NCBI GenBank assembly: GCA_048595465.1
Contig: JBJPGE010000001.1
Span: 4,445-68,444, forward strand
Source: Methylophagaceae bacterium
GTDB lineage: Bacteria > Pseudomonadota > Gammaproteobacteria > Nitrosococcales > Methylophagaceae
Length of the DNA: 64,000 nt
Direction: 5' to 3'
Part shown: positions 1-8,718 of the stretch, piece after piece
Layout of the letters: every line of letters starts with the position of its first letter
Numbering within the stretch: position 1 is the stretch's first letter
Made by a program: the position numbers and the translations under genes
Notes under the pieces: model-generated
Database searches by the model: none
What the model saw: the letters and a program-made list of their open reading frames with translations, nothing else
What the model was told of the DNA's origin: nothing

Positions 1-476
1 GTCATTTGCCAACCAATCAAGGTGATTTTGAATTATATAGTTTTGAAGATACGGTCAATAATCAAGTACATTTAGCCTTGGTCGTAGGTGATATTCAAGC
101 AGATGAAGAAACCTTGGTCCGTGTGCATATGGCCGATCCTTTAACTGATTTATTAGGAACAACACGCGAAGCCAGTCAACATCCTCTCTACAGGGCCAAG
201 CAGCAACTTCAAGAGGCAGGGAAAGGTGTGTTAGTCGTGTTACGCCAACCACATCAAAATAAACAAATAGCGACAAAGGTGGCGCGTTATCAGCAAGAAG
301 ATAGAGGTGAAACTACTGTCTCAATGCCAAATAGTTGGGACTTAAGAACCTTTGGTGTAGGTGCACAAATTTTAGCTGATTTAGGTGTTAAGAAAATGCG
401 CGTATTAGGCACACCAACAAAACTTACTGGCTTATCTGGTTTTGGTCTTGAACTGGTCGGATATGCCGACGAATAG
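1..476 (+). CDS. ribBA: 3' part of RibBA-type 3,4-dihydroxy-2-butanone-4-phosphate synthase with GTP cyclohydrolase II-like C-terminal domain (5' end outside window)
   Basis: Reading frame is open to the left edge. The tail FGVGAQILADLGVKKMRVLG...GFGLELVGY matches the GCH-II fold C-terminus of RibBA proteins. The visible segment VRVHMADPLTDLLG lacks the Cys zinc ligands of active GCH II. Confidence 0.7.
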   Translation, partial: HLPTNQGDFELYSFEDTVNNQVHLALVVGDIQADEETLVRVHMADPLTDLLGTTREASQHPLYRAKQQLQEAGKGVLVVLRQPHQNKQIATKVARYQQEDRGETTVSMPNSWDLRTFGVGAQILADLGVKKMRVLGTPTKLTGLSGFGLELVGYADE

Positions 477-1608
477 TCAGAAAAACATTGTTATTATTGC
501 CGGTGAAGCATCAGGCGATGCACATGCTGCCCGAATGCTCACGGAGCTAAAACTATTAGCACCAAACTATAATGTAAAAGGTATTGGCGGCGACAAAATG
601 CGCGCTGCTGGTGCTGAAACCTTTGTTGATTTTTCAGAACTTGCAGTTATGGGTTTGATTGAAGTTATCAAACGTTATCGCTCACTGAAAAAAACATTTA
701 ATCGTACCGTTGATTTATTAAAATCAGAAAGACCTGATTTATTAATCTTAGTTGATTATCCCGGCTTTAATTTAAAGCTGGCAAAAGAAGCGAATGCATT
801 AGGTATTAAGGTTTTATATTACATCAGCCCAAAAGTATGGGCATGGAGAGCAGGCCGAGTTAAAACCATCAAACAATACGTCGATCATATGGCTGTTTTA
901 TTCCCATTTGAAGTACCGATTTATCAAGGTGCAGGCGTGCCTGTTACCTGTGTAGGTCATCCTTTAGTTGATGCAGTAAAAAAAGAACTCACGACTGAAC
1001 AAGCGAAAGCAAAATTAGCGATTAATATTGAGCAGCAAGTATTAGGATTATTTCCCGGCAGTCGTCGTAGTGAAGTTGAAGTGTTACTGCCGATTATGAT
1101 TGAAGCAGCGGAGCGGATTAATAAAAAAGTAAAAAATCTAAATGTAGTCGTGCCGTTAGCTACTGGATTAGATCGTAAAATCGTTGAGCCTATTTTGGCA
1201 AAATCAGCATTAGAGATAAAGCTGATTGATTATGATTTTTATGAACTGACATCAGCCTGCGATGCGGTTGTTGCAGCATCGGGTACGGTAACGCTAGAAA
1301 TAGCTTTACTTGGCATTCCGCACTTTATTAGCTATCGTGTTTCACCACTTTCATATGCAATTTTAAGTCGATTTGTTAAAATTCCTTATGTGGGTTTATG
1401 TAATATTGTGACGGGTGAAAATGTGATTTTAGAATTACTGCAAAACGATGTCACAGCTGAACGGTTTGAAAAAGAACTACTGTCTTTACTCAACGATGAA
1501 GATAGTGTGCAGCAAGCAGAAGTTATTCGTCAACAAGTGTTATCAGCTTTAGGGCCTTCGGGCGGAGCAAAGAATGCGGCTGAGTTAGTTGTTTCATTGT
1601 TAGGGTAA
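463..1608 (+). CDS. lpxB: lipid-A-disaccharide synthase
   Basis: N-terminus NIVIIAGEASGDAHAARM, GLFPGSRRSEV and overall length are typical of LpxB. ATG 463 overlaps the ribBA stop; the ORF-track start at 442 is judged an upstream extension. Confidence 0.9.
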   Translation: MPTNSQKNIVIIAGEASGDAHAARMLTELKLLAPNYNVKGIGGDKMRAAGAETFVDFSELAVMGLIEVIKRYRSLKKTFNRTVDLLKSERPDLLILVDYPGFNLKLAKEANALGIKVLYYISPKVWAWRAGRVKTIKQYVDHMAVLFPFEVPIYQGAGVPVTCVGHPLVDAVKKELTTEQAKAKLAINIEQQVLGLFPGSRRSEVEVLLPIMIEAAERINKKVKNLNVVVPLATGLDRKIVEPILAKSALEIKLIDYDFYELTSACDAVVAASGTVTLEIALLGIPHFISYRVSPLSYAILSRFVKIPYVGLCNIVTGENVILELLQNDVTAERFEKELLSLLNDEDSVQQAEVIRQQVLSALGPSGGAKNAAELVVSLLG

Positions 1609-1650
1609 TTTAGGCTGTTATCCTCGCATATGCAGAAAATAATAAAATAC

Positions 1651-1732
1651 CGTCATTCCGGTAGCTTGTAGCCGGAATCTAGGAGCCAATATAACTATCC
1701 TAAGATTCCGGCTACAAGCTACCGGAATGACG
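1651..1732. repeat. perfect 30-bp inverted repeat (REP/MITE-like palindromic element) with 22-nt spacer
   Basis: cgtcattccggtagcttgtagccggaatct (1651-1680) is the exact reverse complement of 1703-1732. Each arm also contains an internal attccgg/ccggaat palindrome. Confidence 0.85.
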
Positions 1733-1761
1733 TAGCATCTTTATTGGAGGATTACCTTCAG

Positions 1762-1826
1762 CCGTTCGTGGTGAGCTTGTCGAACCATGATCGTAAACCA
1801 TCCTTCGACAGGCTCAGGACGAACGG
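1762..1826. repeat. imperfect 23-bp inverted repeat (20/23 paired), second palindromic element
   Basis: ccgttcgtggtgagcttgtcgaa (1762-1784) pairs with ttcgacaggctcaggacgaacgg (1804-1826). One frame reads [22 protein letters not shown], the pseudo-peptide signature of a widespread proteobacterial intergenic repeat. Confidence 0.75.
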
Positions 1827-1837
1827 AGTTTTACATT

Positions 1838-2416
1838 TTGACCAAACAAGAATACATAGTAGGCGTAGATGAAGTAGGGCGTGGCCCTTTAGCTGGCCCA
1901 GTCGTCACCGGTGCAGTGATTCTTGATCCGAACAAGCCTATAGAAGGATTAAATGACTCAAAAAAACTCAGCGAAAAACGTCGTGAACAATTAGAGCCGA
2001 TTATCAAAGCCAACGCCTTAGCGTGGTCATTAGGTCGCTGTGAACCAACAGAAATTGATGAAATTAATATTCTACAAGCGACATTGTTAGCCATGAAACG
2101 AGCAGTTGAAGGTTTGTATATCACACCGACGCATGCACTGGTCGATGGCAATAAAGCGCCCGACTTAGCTTGCCCTGTCACCACCATCATCAAAGGTGAC
2201 CAAAAAGAGCAATGTATAGCAGCGGCATCAATTCTGGCAAAAGTAGCTAGAGATAGAGAAATGGTTGAAATGGATAAACTTTATCCGGGCTATGGGCTAG
2301 CTAAACATAAAGGTTATCCAACTAAACAACATCAAGAGGCTTTGATGGAATTAGGCGTGACAAAGATACATCGTCGTTCGTTTAAGCCGGTGCAATTGGC
2401 TCTGTTACCAGAGTAG
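1838..2416 (+). CDS. rnhB: ribonuclease HII
   Basis: [15 protein letters not shown] and DSKKLS motifs. The ORF-track ATG at 1787 lies inside the palindromic repeat. TTG 1838, preceded by GGAG at 1825-1828, gives a normal N-terminal length; the start remains uncertain. Confidence 0.85.
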   Translation: MTKQEYIVGVDEVGRGPLAGPVVTGAVILDPNKPIEGLNDSKKLSEKRREQLEPIIKANALAWSLGRCEPTEIDEINILQATLLAMKRAVEGLYITPTHALVDGNKAPDLACPVTTIIKGDQKEQCIAAASILAKVARDREMVEMDKLYPGYGLAKHKGYPTKQHQEALMELGVTKIHRRSFKPVQLALLPE

Positions 2417-2424
2417 GTCTATTT

Positions 2425-3258
2425 CTAACTAAACCGCATAGAAAGATCAATGGACTGTAAATCTTTAGTCAGTGCTCCAATGGAAATACGATCAACACCT
2501 GTTTCAGCAATACTGCGAAGGTTTTCTATTGTAATGCCGCCGGAAGCTTCAAGCAGTGCTTTGCCTTGCGTTATAGCTACTGCTTTTTCTAAGGCAGGAA
2601 TATCAAAGTTATCCAATAGAATAATATCGGCTTGGGTAGCTAAAGCTTGATCAAGTTCGTCAAAGGTTTCCACTTCAACTTCTATGGCAATACCGTTAGC
2701 AATTTTCTTCGCTGCATCGATAGCTGCTTTAATGGAACCTGCTGCTAGTATATGGTTTTCTTTAATTAAAATACCATCATAAAGACCAAAGCGGTGGTTA
2801 TGGCAACCACCACAAACAACGGCATATTTTTGAGCGATGCGTAAGCCGGGTAGGGTTTTGCGAGTATCAAGTATTTTGACATCAATGCCTTTGACCGCAT
2901 CGGCATATTTTTGAGCTAATGTTGCTGTGCCAGACAAGGTTTGCATAAAGTTAAGTGCAGCACGTTCACCGATAAGTAATTGACGGGCAGGGCCAGTTAA
3001 TTTGCACAACACATCATTTTCTTTGACTCGGTCACCATCATTGAATAGCCATTCGACTTTGATAGCTTTACTTACTTGAGCAAACACTTCATCAACCCAT
3101 AAAACACCGCTTAGTGTGGCTTGTTCACGACTGATAATTGTGGCGGTAACAATGTCTTCTGGAATGAGACTGGCAGTAAGATCGCCTGTGGCAACATCTT
3201 CTTCTAATGCTCGATTCACATCTGCAACAATAGTTTCGTGATTAATATCAATTTTCAT
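2425..3258 (-). CDS. nadC: nicotinate-nucleotide pyrophosphorylase (quinolinate phosphoribosyltransferase)
   Basis: 277 aa with the type II QPRTase pattern: [36 protein letters not shown]. Confidence 0.9.
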   Translation of the reverse strand: MKIDINHETIVADVNRALEEDVATGDLTASLIPEDIVTATIISREQATLSGVLWVDEVFAQVSKAIKVEWLFNDGDRVKENDVLCKLTGPARQLLIGERAALNFMQTLSGTATLAQKYADAVKGIDVKILDTRKTLPGLRIAQKYAVVCGGCHNHRFGLYDGILIKENHILAAGSIKAAIDAAKKIANGIAIEVEVETFDELDQALATQADIILLDNFDIPALEKAVAITQGKALLEASGGITIENLRSIAETGVDRISIGALTKDLQSIDLSMRFS

Positions 3259-3332
3259 GCTTTTATTCTACTCAATATAGGTATGTTCAAGGTATTATAT
3301 ACAAAGCAGCCCAATCAATCACAAGGTTAAGC

Positions 3333-4070
3333 TTGAAAGAACAGTTCTTCATATTTTTTCGTTATTTTTTAAACAGTGCGCGCGATCTGGCTGCGATCGT
3401 AGCTGTGATTGTATTTTTCCAATTAGTGGTTTTACAACAACCCATCCCTAATATCGGTCAGATTCTAACAGGCGTCATTTTAGTGATGTTGGGATTGACG
3501 TTCTTTATTCGCGGTTTAGAAATGGGTTTATTCCCCATTGGTGAAAGCATGGCTTATGCTTTTGCTCAAAAGGGTAGTGTTATTTGGTTATTGATCTTCG
3601 CATTTTCACTAGGCTTTGGCACAACGGTGGCCGAACCAGCATTGATTGCGGTGGCAAAAGAAGCGGCGATTGTCGCTGCATCTGGTGGCATGATTGAAAA
3701 TAACGAGAAAGCGATGTCTATATATGCCACCGGCTTACGTTATACCGTGGCTTTGTCTGTTGGACTAGCGATTTTAATTGGTGTGTTACGCATATTAAAA
3801 GGCTGGCCAATTCATTATTTAATTATTGGTGGCTATGTAGGCATTGTGGTGATGACGATGTTTGCTCCGGCTGAAATTATTGGTATTGCTTATGATTCTG
3901 GCGGTGTAACCACCTCGACCATTACTGTGCCATTAGTGACGGCATTAGGTGTCGGCTTAGCATCGAGTATTAAAGGCCGAAACCCAATGGTGGATGGGTT
4001 TGGTTTAATTGCCTTTGCCTCACTAACTCCCATGATTTTTGTGATGGCCTACGGAATGATAATCTCATAA
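3333..4070 (+). CDS. DUF1538 family integral membrane protein (paralog 1)
   Basis: Polytopic membrane ORF with the motifs [12 protein letters not shown] and [26 protein letters not shown] shared with the next gene. TTG start; start uncertain. Confidence 0.7.
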   Translation: MKEQFFIFFRYFLNSARDLAAIVAVIVFFQLVVLQQPIPNIGQILTGVILVMLGLTFFIRGLEMGLFPIGESMAYAFAQKGSVIWLLIFAFSLGFGTTVAEPALIAVAKEAAIVAASGGMIENNEKAMSIYATGLRYTVALSVGLAILIGVLRILKGWPIHYLIIGGYVGIVVMTMFAPAEIIGIAYDSGGVTTSTITVPLVTALGVGLASSIKGRNPMVDGFGLIAFASLTPMIFVMAYGMIIS

Positions 4071-4876
4071 TGTTTATAGAATTATTACATTCCCTAGCTG
4101 GAGTCTTCGTTCAGACTGTGAAAGATATTGTGCCGATTGCTATTATTATTTTTGGCTTCCAGCTATTTGTTATACGTAAACCTATCCCGAATTTGAAAAA
4201 AGTATTGATTGGTTTTTTTTATGTACTCATTGGATTAGTGTTCTTTTTAGAAGGTTTGGATCTTGCTTTATTCCCTCTAGGTAAATTGATGGCGAGCCAG
4301 CTAACGGATCCCACTTTTATTTTTGGCGAGTTGGCTTCAATTCCCGATGTTATTCATTGGCGTGATTATATGTGGGTCTATATCTTTGCTGCAGCAATTG
4401 GGTTTGCAACGACTATTGCCGAACCGTCATTGATTGCTGTCGCGATAAAAGCACAAGAGGTATCAGGTGGTGCTATTTCTGTATGGGGTTTACGTATAGC
4501 CGTTGCGATTGGTGTGGCGGCAGGAGTCTCGTTAGGTACGTTTAGAATCATCACCGGAACACCTTTGCAGTATTACATTATGGCGGGTTACGTAATTGTG
4601 ATTATTCAGACATTTTATGCCCCAAAATTGATTATCGCCCTTGCTTATGATTCGGGCGGCGTAACGACTTCAACAGTGACTGTACCCTTAGTTGCGGCAT
4701 TAGGAATTGGCCTTGCTTCAACTGTGCCGGGGCGAAGTACTTTATTAGATGGCTTTGGTTTGATTGCCTTTGCCAGTTTATTTCCAATTATGAGCGTAAT
4801 GGCCTATGCACAATTAACAGAGTGGCAGGCAAAAAAAGCCAAGCGTAAACAACAGAGTAATAAGGAGAAACAATAA
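4070..4876 (+). CDS. DUF1538 family integral membrane protein (paralog 2)
   Basis: Same motif set ([49 protein letters not shown]). Its start overlaps the stop of paralog 1 (ATAATG), consistent with translational coupling. Confidence 0.7.
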   Translation: MFIELLHSLAGVFVQTVKDIVPIAIIIFGFQLFVIRKPIPNLKKVLIGFFYVLIGLVFFLEGLDLALFPLGKLMASQLTDPTFIFGELASIPDVIHWRDYMWVYIFAAAIGFATTIAEPSLIAVAIKAQEVSGGAISVWGLRIAVAIGVAAGVSLGTFRIITGTPLQYYIMAGYVIVIIQTFYAPKLIIALAYDSGGVTTSTVTVPLVAALGIGLASTVPGRSTLLDGFGLIAFASLFPIMSVMAYAQLTEWQAKKAKRKQQSNKEKQ

Positions 4877-5226
4877 TGCATTTTAAATTAATTATATGTT
4901 TTGTAGAAGACGGGCATACCGATGAAGTGCTTGAGGCTGCTAGAGAGGCGGGTGCTACAGGTTCAACCATCATAAATAATGCACGTGGTGAAGGCTTGAA
5001 TAAAAGCAAAACCTTTTTTGGGATGAGTCTTGAAACGCAACGTGATGTGATTTTATTTTTAGTGGAACAACATTTAAGTCGCCATATTCTAGAAACAATA
5101 GAAAAAGCAGGCCAGTTTGATGAGAAGCCGGGAACAGGTATTGCCATTCAAATTGATGTTGAAGATGCTGTCGGTGTCTCACATCAAATACAAACATTAC
5201 ATAATATTGTAGAGGAAGAACTATGA
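4876..5226 (+). CDS. P-II family (GlnB-like) small signal-transduction protein
   Basis: 116 aa. The N-terminus KLIICFVEDGHTDEVLEAAREAGATGSTII and overall size fit the P-II-like ferredoxin fold. Its start overlaps the upstream stop (TAATG). Confidence 0.65.
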   Translation: MHFKLIICFVEDGHTDEVLEAAREAGATGSTIINNARGEGLNKSKTFFGMSLETQRDVILFLVEQHLSRHILETIEKAGQFDEKPGTGIAIQIDVEDAVGVSHQIQTLHNIVEEEL

Positions 5227-5621
5227 AACCAAAAGAGATTGTCCGCGTTCGTGATGTGATGCGACCTGAAATTGATATTGTTGATGGAATGACTACCATT
5301 ACAGACGCATTAAATGAAATGAAAAACCTGAAAAATAAAATGTTGATTGTTGATAAGCGCCATGATGACGACGAATATGGCGTAGTGCGAATGTCTGACA
5401 TTGCATATCATGTTTTGGCTCAAGACAAATCACCCGATCGTGTTAATGTCTATGAAATCATGATTAAACCAGCTATTACCGTTGATGCCTCAATGGATAT
5501 TAGATATTGTGCCCGTCTATTTGAACGTTTCAAATTGTCACGCGCACCTGTGATGGAGAATGGCAAGTTGGTGGGAGTGGTAAGTTTGACTAGAATGGTT
5601 GTGCAAGGCATTAGAAAGTAA
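5223..5621 (+). CDS. CBS domain pair protein
   Basis: 132 aa with two CBS-like repeats (VRDVMRPEIDIV... and VYEIMIKPAITV...GKLVGVVSLTRMV). 4-nt overlap with the P-II-like gene. Confidence 0.75.
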   Translation: MKPKEIVRVRDVMRPEIDIVDGMTTITDALNEMKNLKNKMLIVDKRHDDDEYGVVRMSDIAYHVLAQDKSPDRVNVYEIMIKPAITVDASMDIRYCARLFERFKLSRAPVMENGKLVGVVSLTRMVVQGIRK

Positions 5622-5622
5622 G

Positions 5623-6168
5623 ATGAATATCAAGCCCGACGGCTTATTAGCTGGCGTTCGTTACCGCTCATCGCCTAACAAGGATGAACGTATTGATGCG
5701 GCTGATATTACAGGAATAGTTATTCATAATATCAGTCTGCCTCCCGGTGAATTTGGTGGTGGTTGGATCGATGATTTGTTTCTCAATAAGCTTGATCCAA
5801 CTGTGCATCCTTATTTTGAACAAATAGCTGACATGCGTGTTTCAGCTCATTTATTGATAAGACGTGATGGTGAAGTGATTCAATATGTGCCTTTTTATCA
5901 ACGCGCATGGCATGCAGGTGTTTCAAAGTGGGATGAACGTGATTGCTGTAATGATTTTACCGTTGGTATTGAAATAGAAGGTTCTGATGATCAGGATTTT
6001 GAACAAATACAATATCAGCAATTAGCCCAAGTCATTCTGTTGCTTTGTGAATATTATCCTTCCTTATCAGCGGACCGAATAAAAGGTCACCAAGAGATCG
6101 CGCCGGACCGAAAAACCGATCCAGGGCCACATTTTGATTGGACGTATTTAGCTGAGTTAATACGTTGA
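5623..6168 (+). CDS. ampD: 1,6-anhydro-N-acetylmuramyl-L-alanine amidase AmpD
   Basis: YRSSPNKDERIDAADITGIVIHNISLPPGEFGG, AWHAGVS and KGHQEIAPDRKTDPGPHFDW are typical of AmpD. The ORF-track start at 5599 overlaps the CBS gene; ATG 5623 is preferred. Confidence 0.88.
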   Translation: MNIKPDGLLAGVRYRSSPNKDERIDAADITGIVIHNISLPPGEFGGGWIDDLFLNKLDPTVHPYFEQIADMRVSAHLLIRRDGEVIQYVPFYQRAWHAGVSKWDERDCCNDFTVGIEIEGSDDQDFEQIQYQQLAQVILLLCEYYPSLSADRIKGHQEIAPDRKTDPGPHFDWTYLAELIR

Positions 6169-6199
6169 ATACAAACAAGCGTGGTATCATATACAGCAT

Positions 6200-7570
6200 A
6201 TGATATCACTGAAAAAAATCTTTTCTGTAGTGAGGAAAAAGAAGAATATTCCAGCAACAGATGGTGCTCAGAAAAGCGATCCGATTGTAATACCTCGATC
6301 AGAACACAGCATTTCTCGGAAACAGATTGATCCCCATGCCTTAAAAATCCTCTACCGTCTGAAAGATGCTGGCTTTGACGCCTATCTTGTTGGCGGTTGT
6401 GTGCGCGATTTATTATTAGGACATGAACCTAAAGATTTTGATGTTACTACCAATGCATCTCCTGAAGAAGTTCATAAATTATTTAAGAAAAGTCGTTTAA
6501 TTGGTCGACGATTCAAATTAGTACATGTTGGCTTTGGCCGCAATGTAATTGAAGTGGCTACCTTTAGGGCGCCGCCAGAAGCTGATCAGCACGTTGATGG
6601 ACGTATTATGCGCGATAATGTGTTTGGCACATTAGAGCAGGATGCATGGCGTCGTGACTTCACCATTAATGCTTTGTATTACGATATTCGCGATTTTTCG
6701 ATAATCGATTATACAGGCGGCATTGCTGATTTAGAGGCGGGGAAAATTAGATTAATTGGTGATGTGGAAACACGTTATCGTGAAGATCCTGTGCGCATGT
6801 TGCGCGCCTTACGTTTTGTGGGGAAATTAGGTTTGCGCCTAGATGGTGAAACAGAACGTTTTATTCCGCAACTTGCTAACTTGTTAGCTGATATTCCAGC
6901 CGCACGTTTATTTGATGAATCACTAAAGTTATATTTAACAGGTAATGCAGCGGTGACGCATGAACTATTATGTCATTATGAGGTTTTTGAGGTGTTGTTT
7001 CCACAAACGGCGGCATTGCTCCATACCGAGCAAGATAATTATCCACGTACCTTAATTACTAAGGCGTTAGAAAATACCGATATTCGTATTGATGATGGCA
7101 AACCTGTCACGCCGGCATTTCTGTTTGCGGCGTTAATGTGGGAGCCGGTGAGACAACGCTGGCAAGAACATAAAGATCGTAAAATACCGCCCATTCCAGC
7201 GTTGCAACGTGCGGCAACTGAAGTTATTTCAGAGCAAGTTCGTCGTGTTGCCGTGCCTAAGCGTTTTACGTTGATGACACGCGATATTTGGACATTGCAA
7301 ATCCGTTTAGAGCAACGATTCGGTAAAAAAGCATATAGAACATTAACCCATCCAAAGTTTAGGGCGGGCTATGACTTTTTATTGCTACGCGTGCAAGCCG
7401 GTGAGCCTTTATCTGAATTAGCGGATTGGTGGACGGAGTTTCAAGAGGCTGAAGAATCGCAGCAACAGAAAATGGTTAATAGTTTGTCAGCGACACAGGC
7501 GGGCGCTCCACGCAAACGTCGTAAACGAAGACGTAAAAAACCTGCTGCTAAGAGTGTAGCTAGTGAATAA
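6200..7570 (+). CDS. pcnB: poly(A) polymerase I
   Basis: VIPRSEHSISRKQI..ALKILYRLKDAGFDAYLVGGCVRDLLLG is colinear with the PcnB N-terminus. Basic KRRKRRRKK tail. Confidence 0.92.
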   Translation: MISLKKIFSVVRKKKNIPATDGAQKSDPIVIPRSEHSISRKQIDPHALKILYRLKDAGFDAYLVGGCVRDLLLGHEPKDFDVTTNASPEEVHKLFKKSRLIGRRFKLVHVGFGRNVIEVATFRAPPEADQHVDGRIMRDNVFGTLEQDAWRRDFTINALYYDIRDFSIIDYTGGIADLEAGKIRLIGDVETRYREDPVRMLRALRFVGKLGLRLDGETERFIPQLANLLADIPAARLFDESLKLYLTGNAAVTHELLCHYEVFEVLFPQTAALLHTEQDNYPRTLITKALENTDIRIDDGKPVTPAFLFAALMWEPVRQRWQEHKDRKIPPIPALQRAATEVISEQVRRVAVPKRFTLMTRDIWTLQIRLEQRFGKKAYRTLTHPKFRAGYDFLLLRVQAGEPLSELADWWTEFQEAEESQQQKMVNSLSATQAGAPRKRRKRRRKKPAAKSVASE

Positions 7571-8054
7571 CATATTTATCGGATTGGGCAGTAATTTATC
7601 TGATCCTATCCAACAGGTATTAATGGCAATGGAAGCATTAAAAAAAATTCCTGAAACACGCGTAGTTAAAAAATCATCGCTTTATGCCAGTCCGCCAATG
7701 GGGCCGCAAGATCAACCCGATTATGTCAATGCCGTTGTGGAATTAAACAGTGAATTATCGGCACATAAATTATTAGATCAACTGCAAACTATTGAGCAAC
7801 AGCAGGGTCGGGTACGTTTAAGACATTGGGGAGAACGTACGCTTGATTTAGATATACTGGTGTATAGCGAGCAGAAGATTGATGATGAGCGCTTAACTGT
7901 TCCGCATTCTGGTATCAAAGAGCGGGCGTTTGTACTTTATCCACTAGCAGAAATTGCTTCCGACCTAATTATTCCGCAATTTGGAAATATAGCCAATTTA
8001 GTTCAAAATTGTTCTCGAGCTGGTTTAAACAAAATAAATTTAGATTTAATATGA
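7563..8054 (+). CDS. folK: 2-amino-4-hydroxy-6-hydroxymethyldihydropteridine diphosphokinase
   Basis: IGLGSNL, QPDYVNAVVEL, RHWGERTLDLDIL and ERAFVLYPLAEI are HPPK motifs. GTG start overlaps the pcnB end. Confidence 0.9.
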   Translation: MNNIFIGLGSNLSDPIQQVLMAMEALKKIPETRVVKKSSLYASPPMGPQDQPDYVNAVVELNSELSAHKLLDQLQTIEQQQGRVRLRHWGERTLDLDILVYSEQKIDDERLTVPHSGIKERAFVLYPLAEIASDLIIPQFGNIANLVQNCSRAGLNKINLDLI

Positions 8055-8707
8055 GTACATTAGAAACACCACATCGTTATATTGCTGTTGAAGGCCCTAT
8101 TGGAGTGGGTAAAACCCACTTGGTCAAACGACTGGCTGAGAGCTTTTCAGGCACAACGGTGCTGGAGCAGCCGGAGAATAATCCTTTTTTAGAAAAGTTT
8201 TACATTCACCCAAAACAATCAGCATTACCAACACAATTAAGTTTTTTAATGCAACGAGTACGTTTAAGTAAAGAGCTGCAGCAAGATGATCTATTTTCTA
8301 GCCTAAAAGTAACGGATTTTATGGTTGAAAAAGATCGTATTTTTGCACAAATCACCTTAGATGATGACGAACTTGCTCTCTATAATATGGTCTATGATAA
8401 TCTGACCATGCAGCATCGCATTCCTGATTTAGTGATTTATTTACAAGCACCGATGACGGTGTTGAAAGCGCGGGTAAACCAACGCGGTATAGGCTATGAA
8501 CAACGTATTGAAGATGGTTATCTTCAAAGGCTAGCGGACAGTTATGCTGACTTTTTTCATTATTATGATGCATCACCGTTATTGATAGTGAATGCTGAAC
8601 AAATTGACTTGGTTAATAGTGAGCAAGATTACCAAAATTTATTAGAGCAAATTAGCACATTGACCAGCGGCCGACATTATTACAATCCGCTTCCAGTGAG
8701 AAAGTAG
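8051..8707 (+). CDS. deoxynucleoside kinase family protein
   Basis: P-loop IAVEGPIGVGKTHL, then the dNK-type pattern (DFMVEKDRIFA, VIYLQAP, RGIGYEQ). ATG 8051 overlaps the folK stop (ATATGA). Confidence 0.75.
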   Translation: MSTLETPHRYIAVEGPIGVGKTHLVKRLAESFSGTTVLEQPENNPFLEKFYIHPKQSALPTQLSFLMQRVRLSKELQQDDLFSSLKVTDFMVEKDRIFAQITLDDDELALYNMVYDNLTMQHRIPDLVIYLQAPMTVLKARVNQRGIGYEQRIEDGYLQRLADSYADFFHYYDASPLLIVNAEQIDLVNSEQDYQNLLEQISTLTSGRHYYNPLPVRK

Positions 8708-8718
8708 AAGGTTAGAGT

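Noticed and set aside
442-462. Upstream-extended starts in the ORF track (lpxB 442, ampD 5599, dNK 8009, rpe 24551, symporter 15105, ispH 52551, repeat protein 58149)
   Set aside because: In each case the extension overlaps the preceding gene or lacks similarity to the family N-terminus. An internal start, usually with an RBS, gives the canonical N-terminus.
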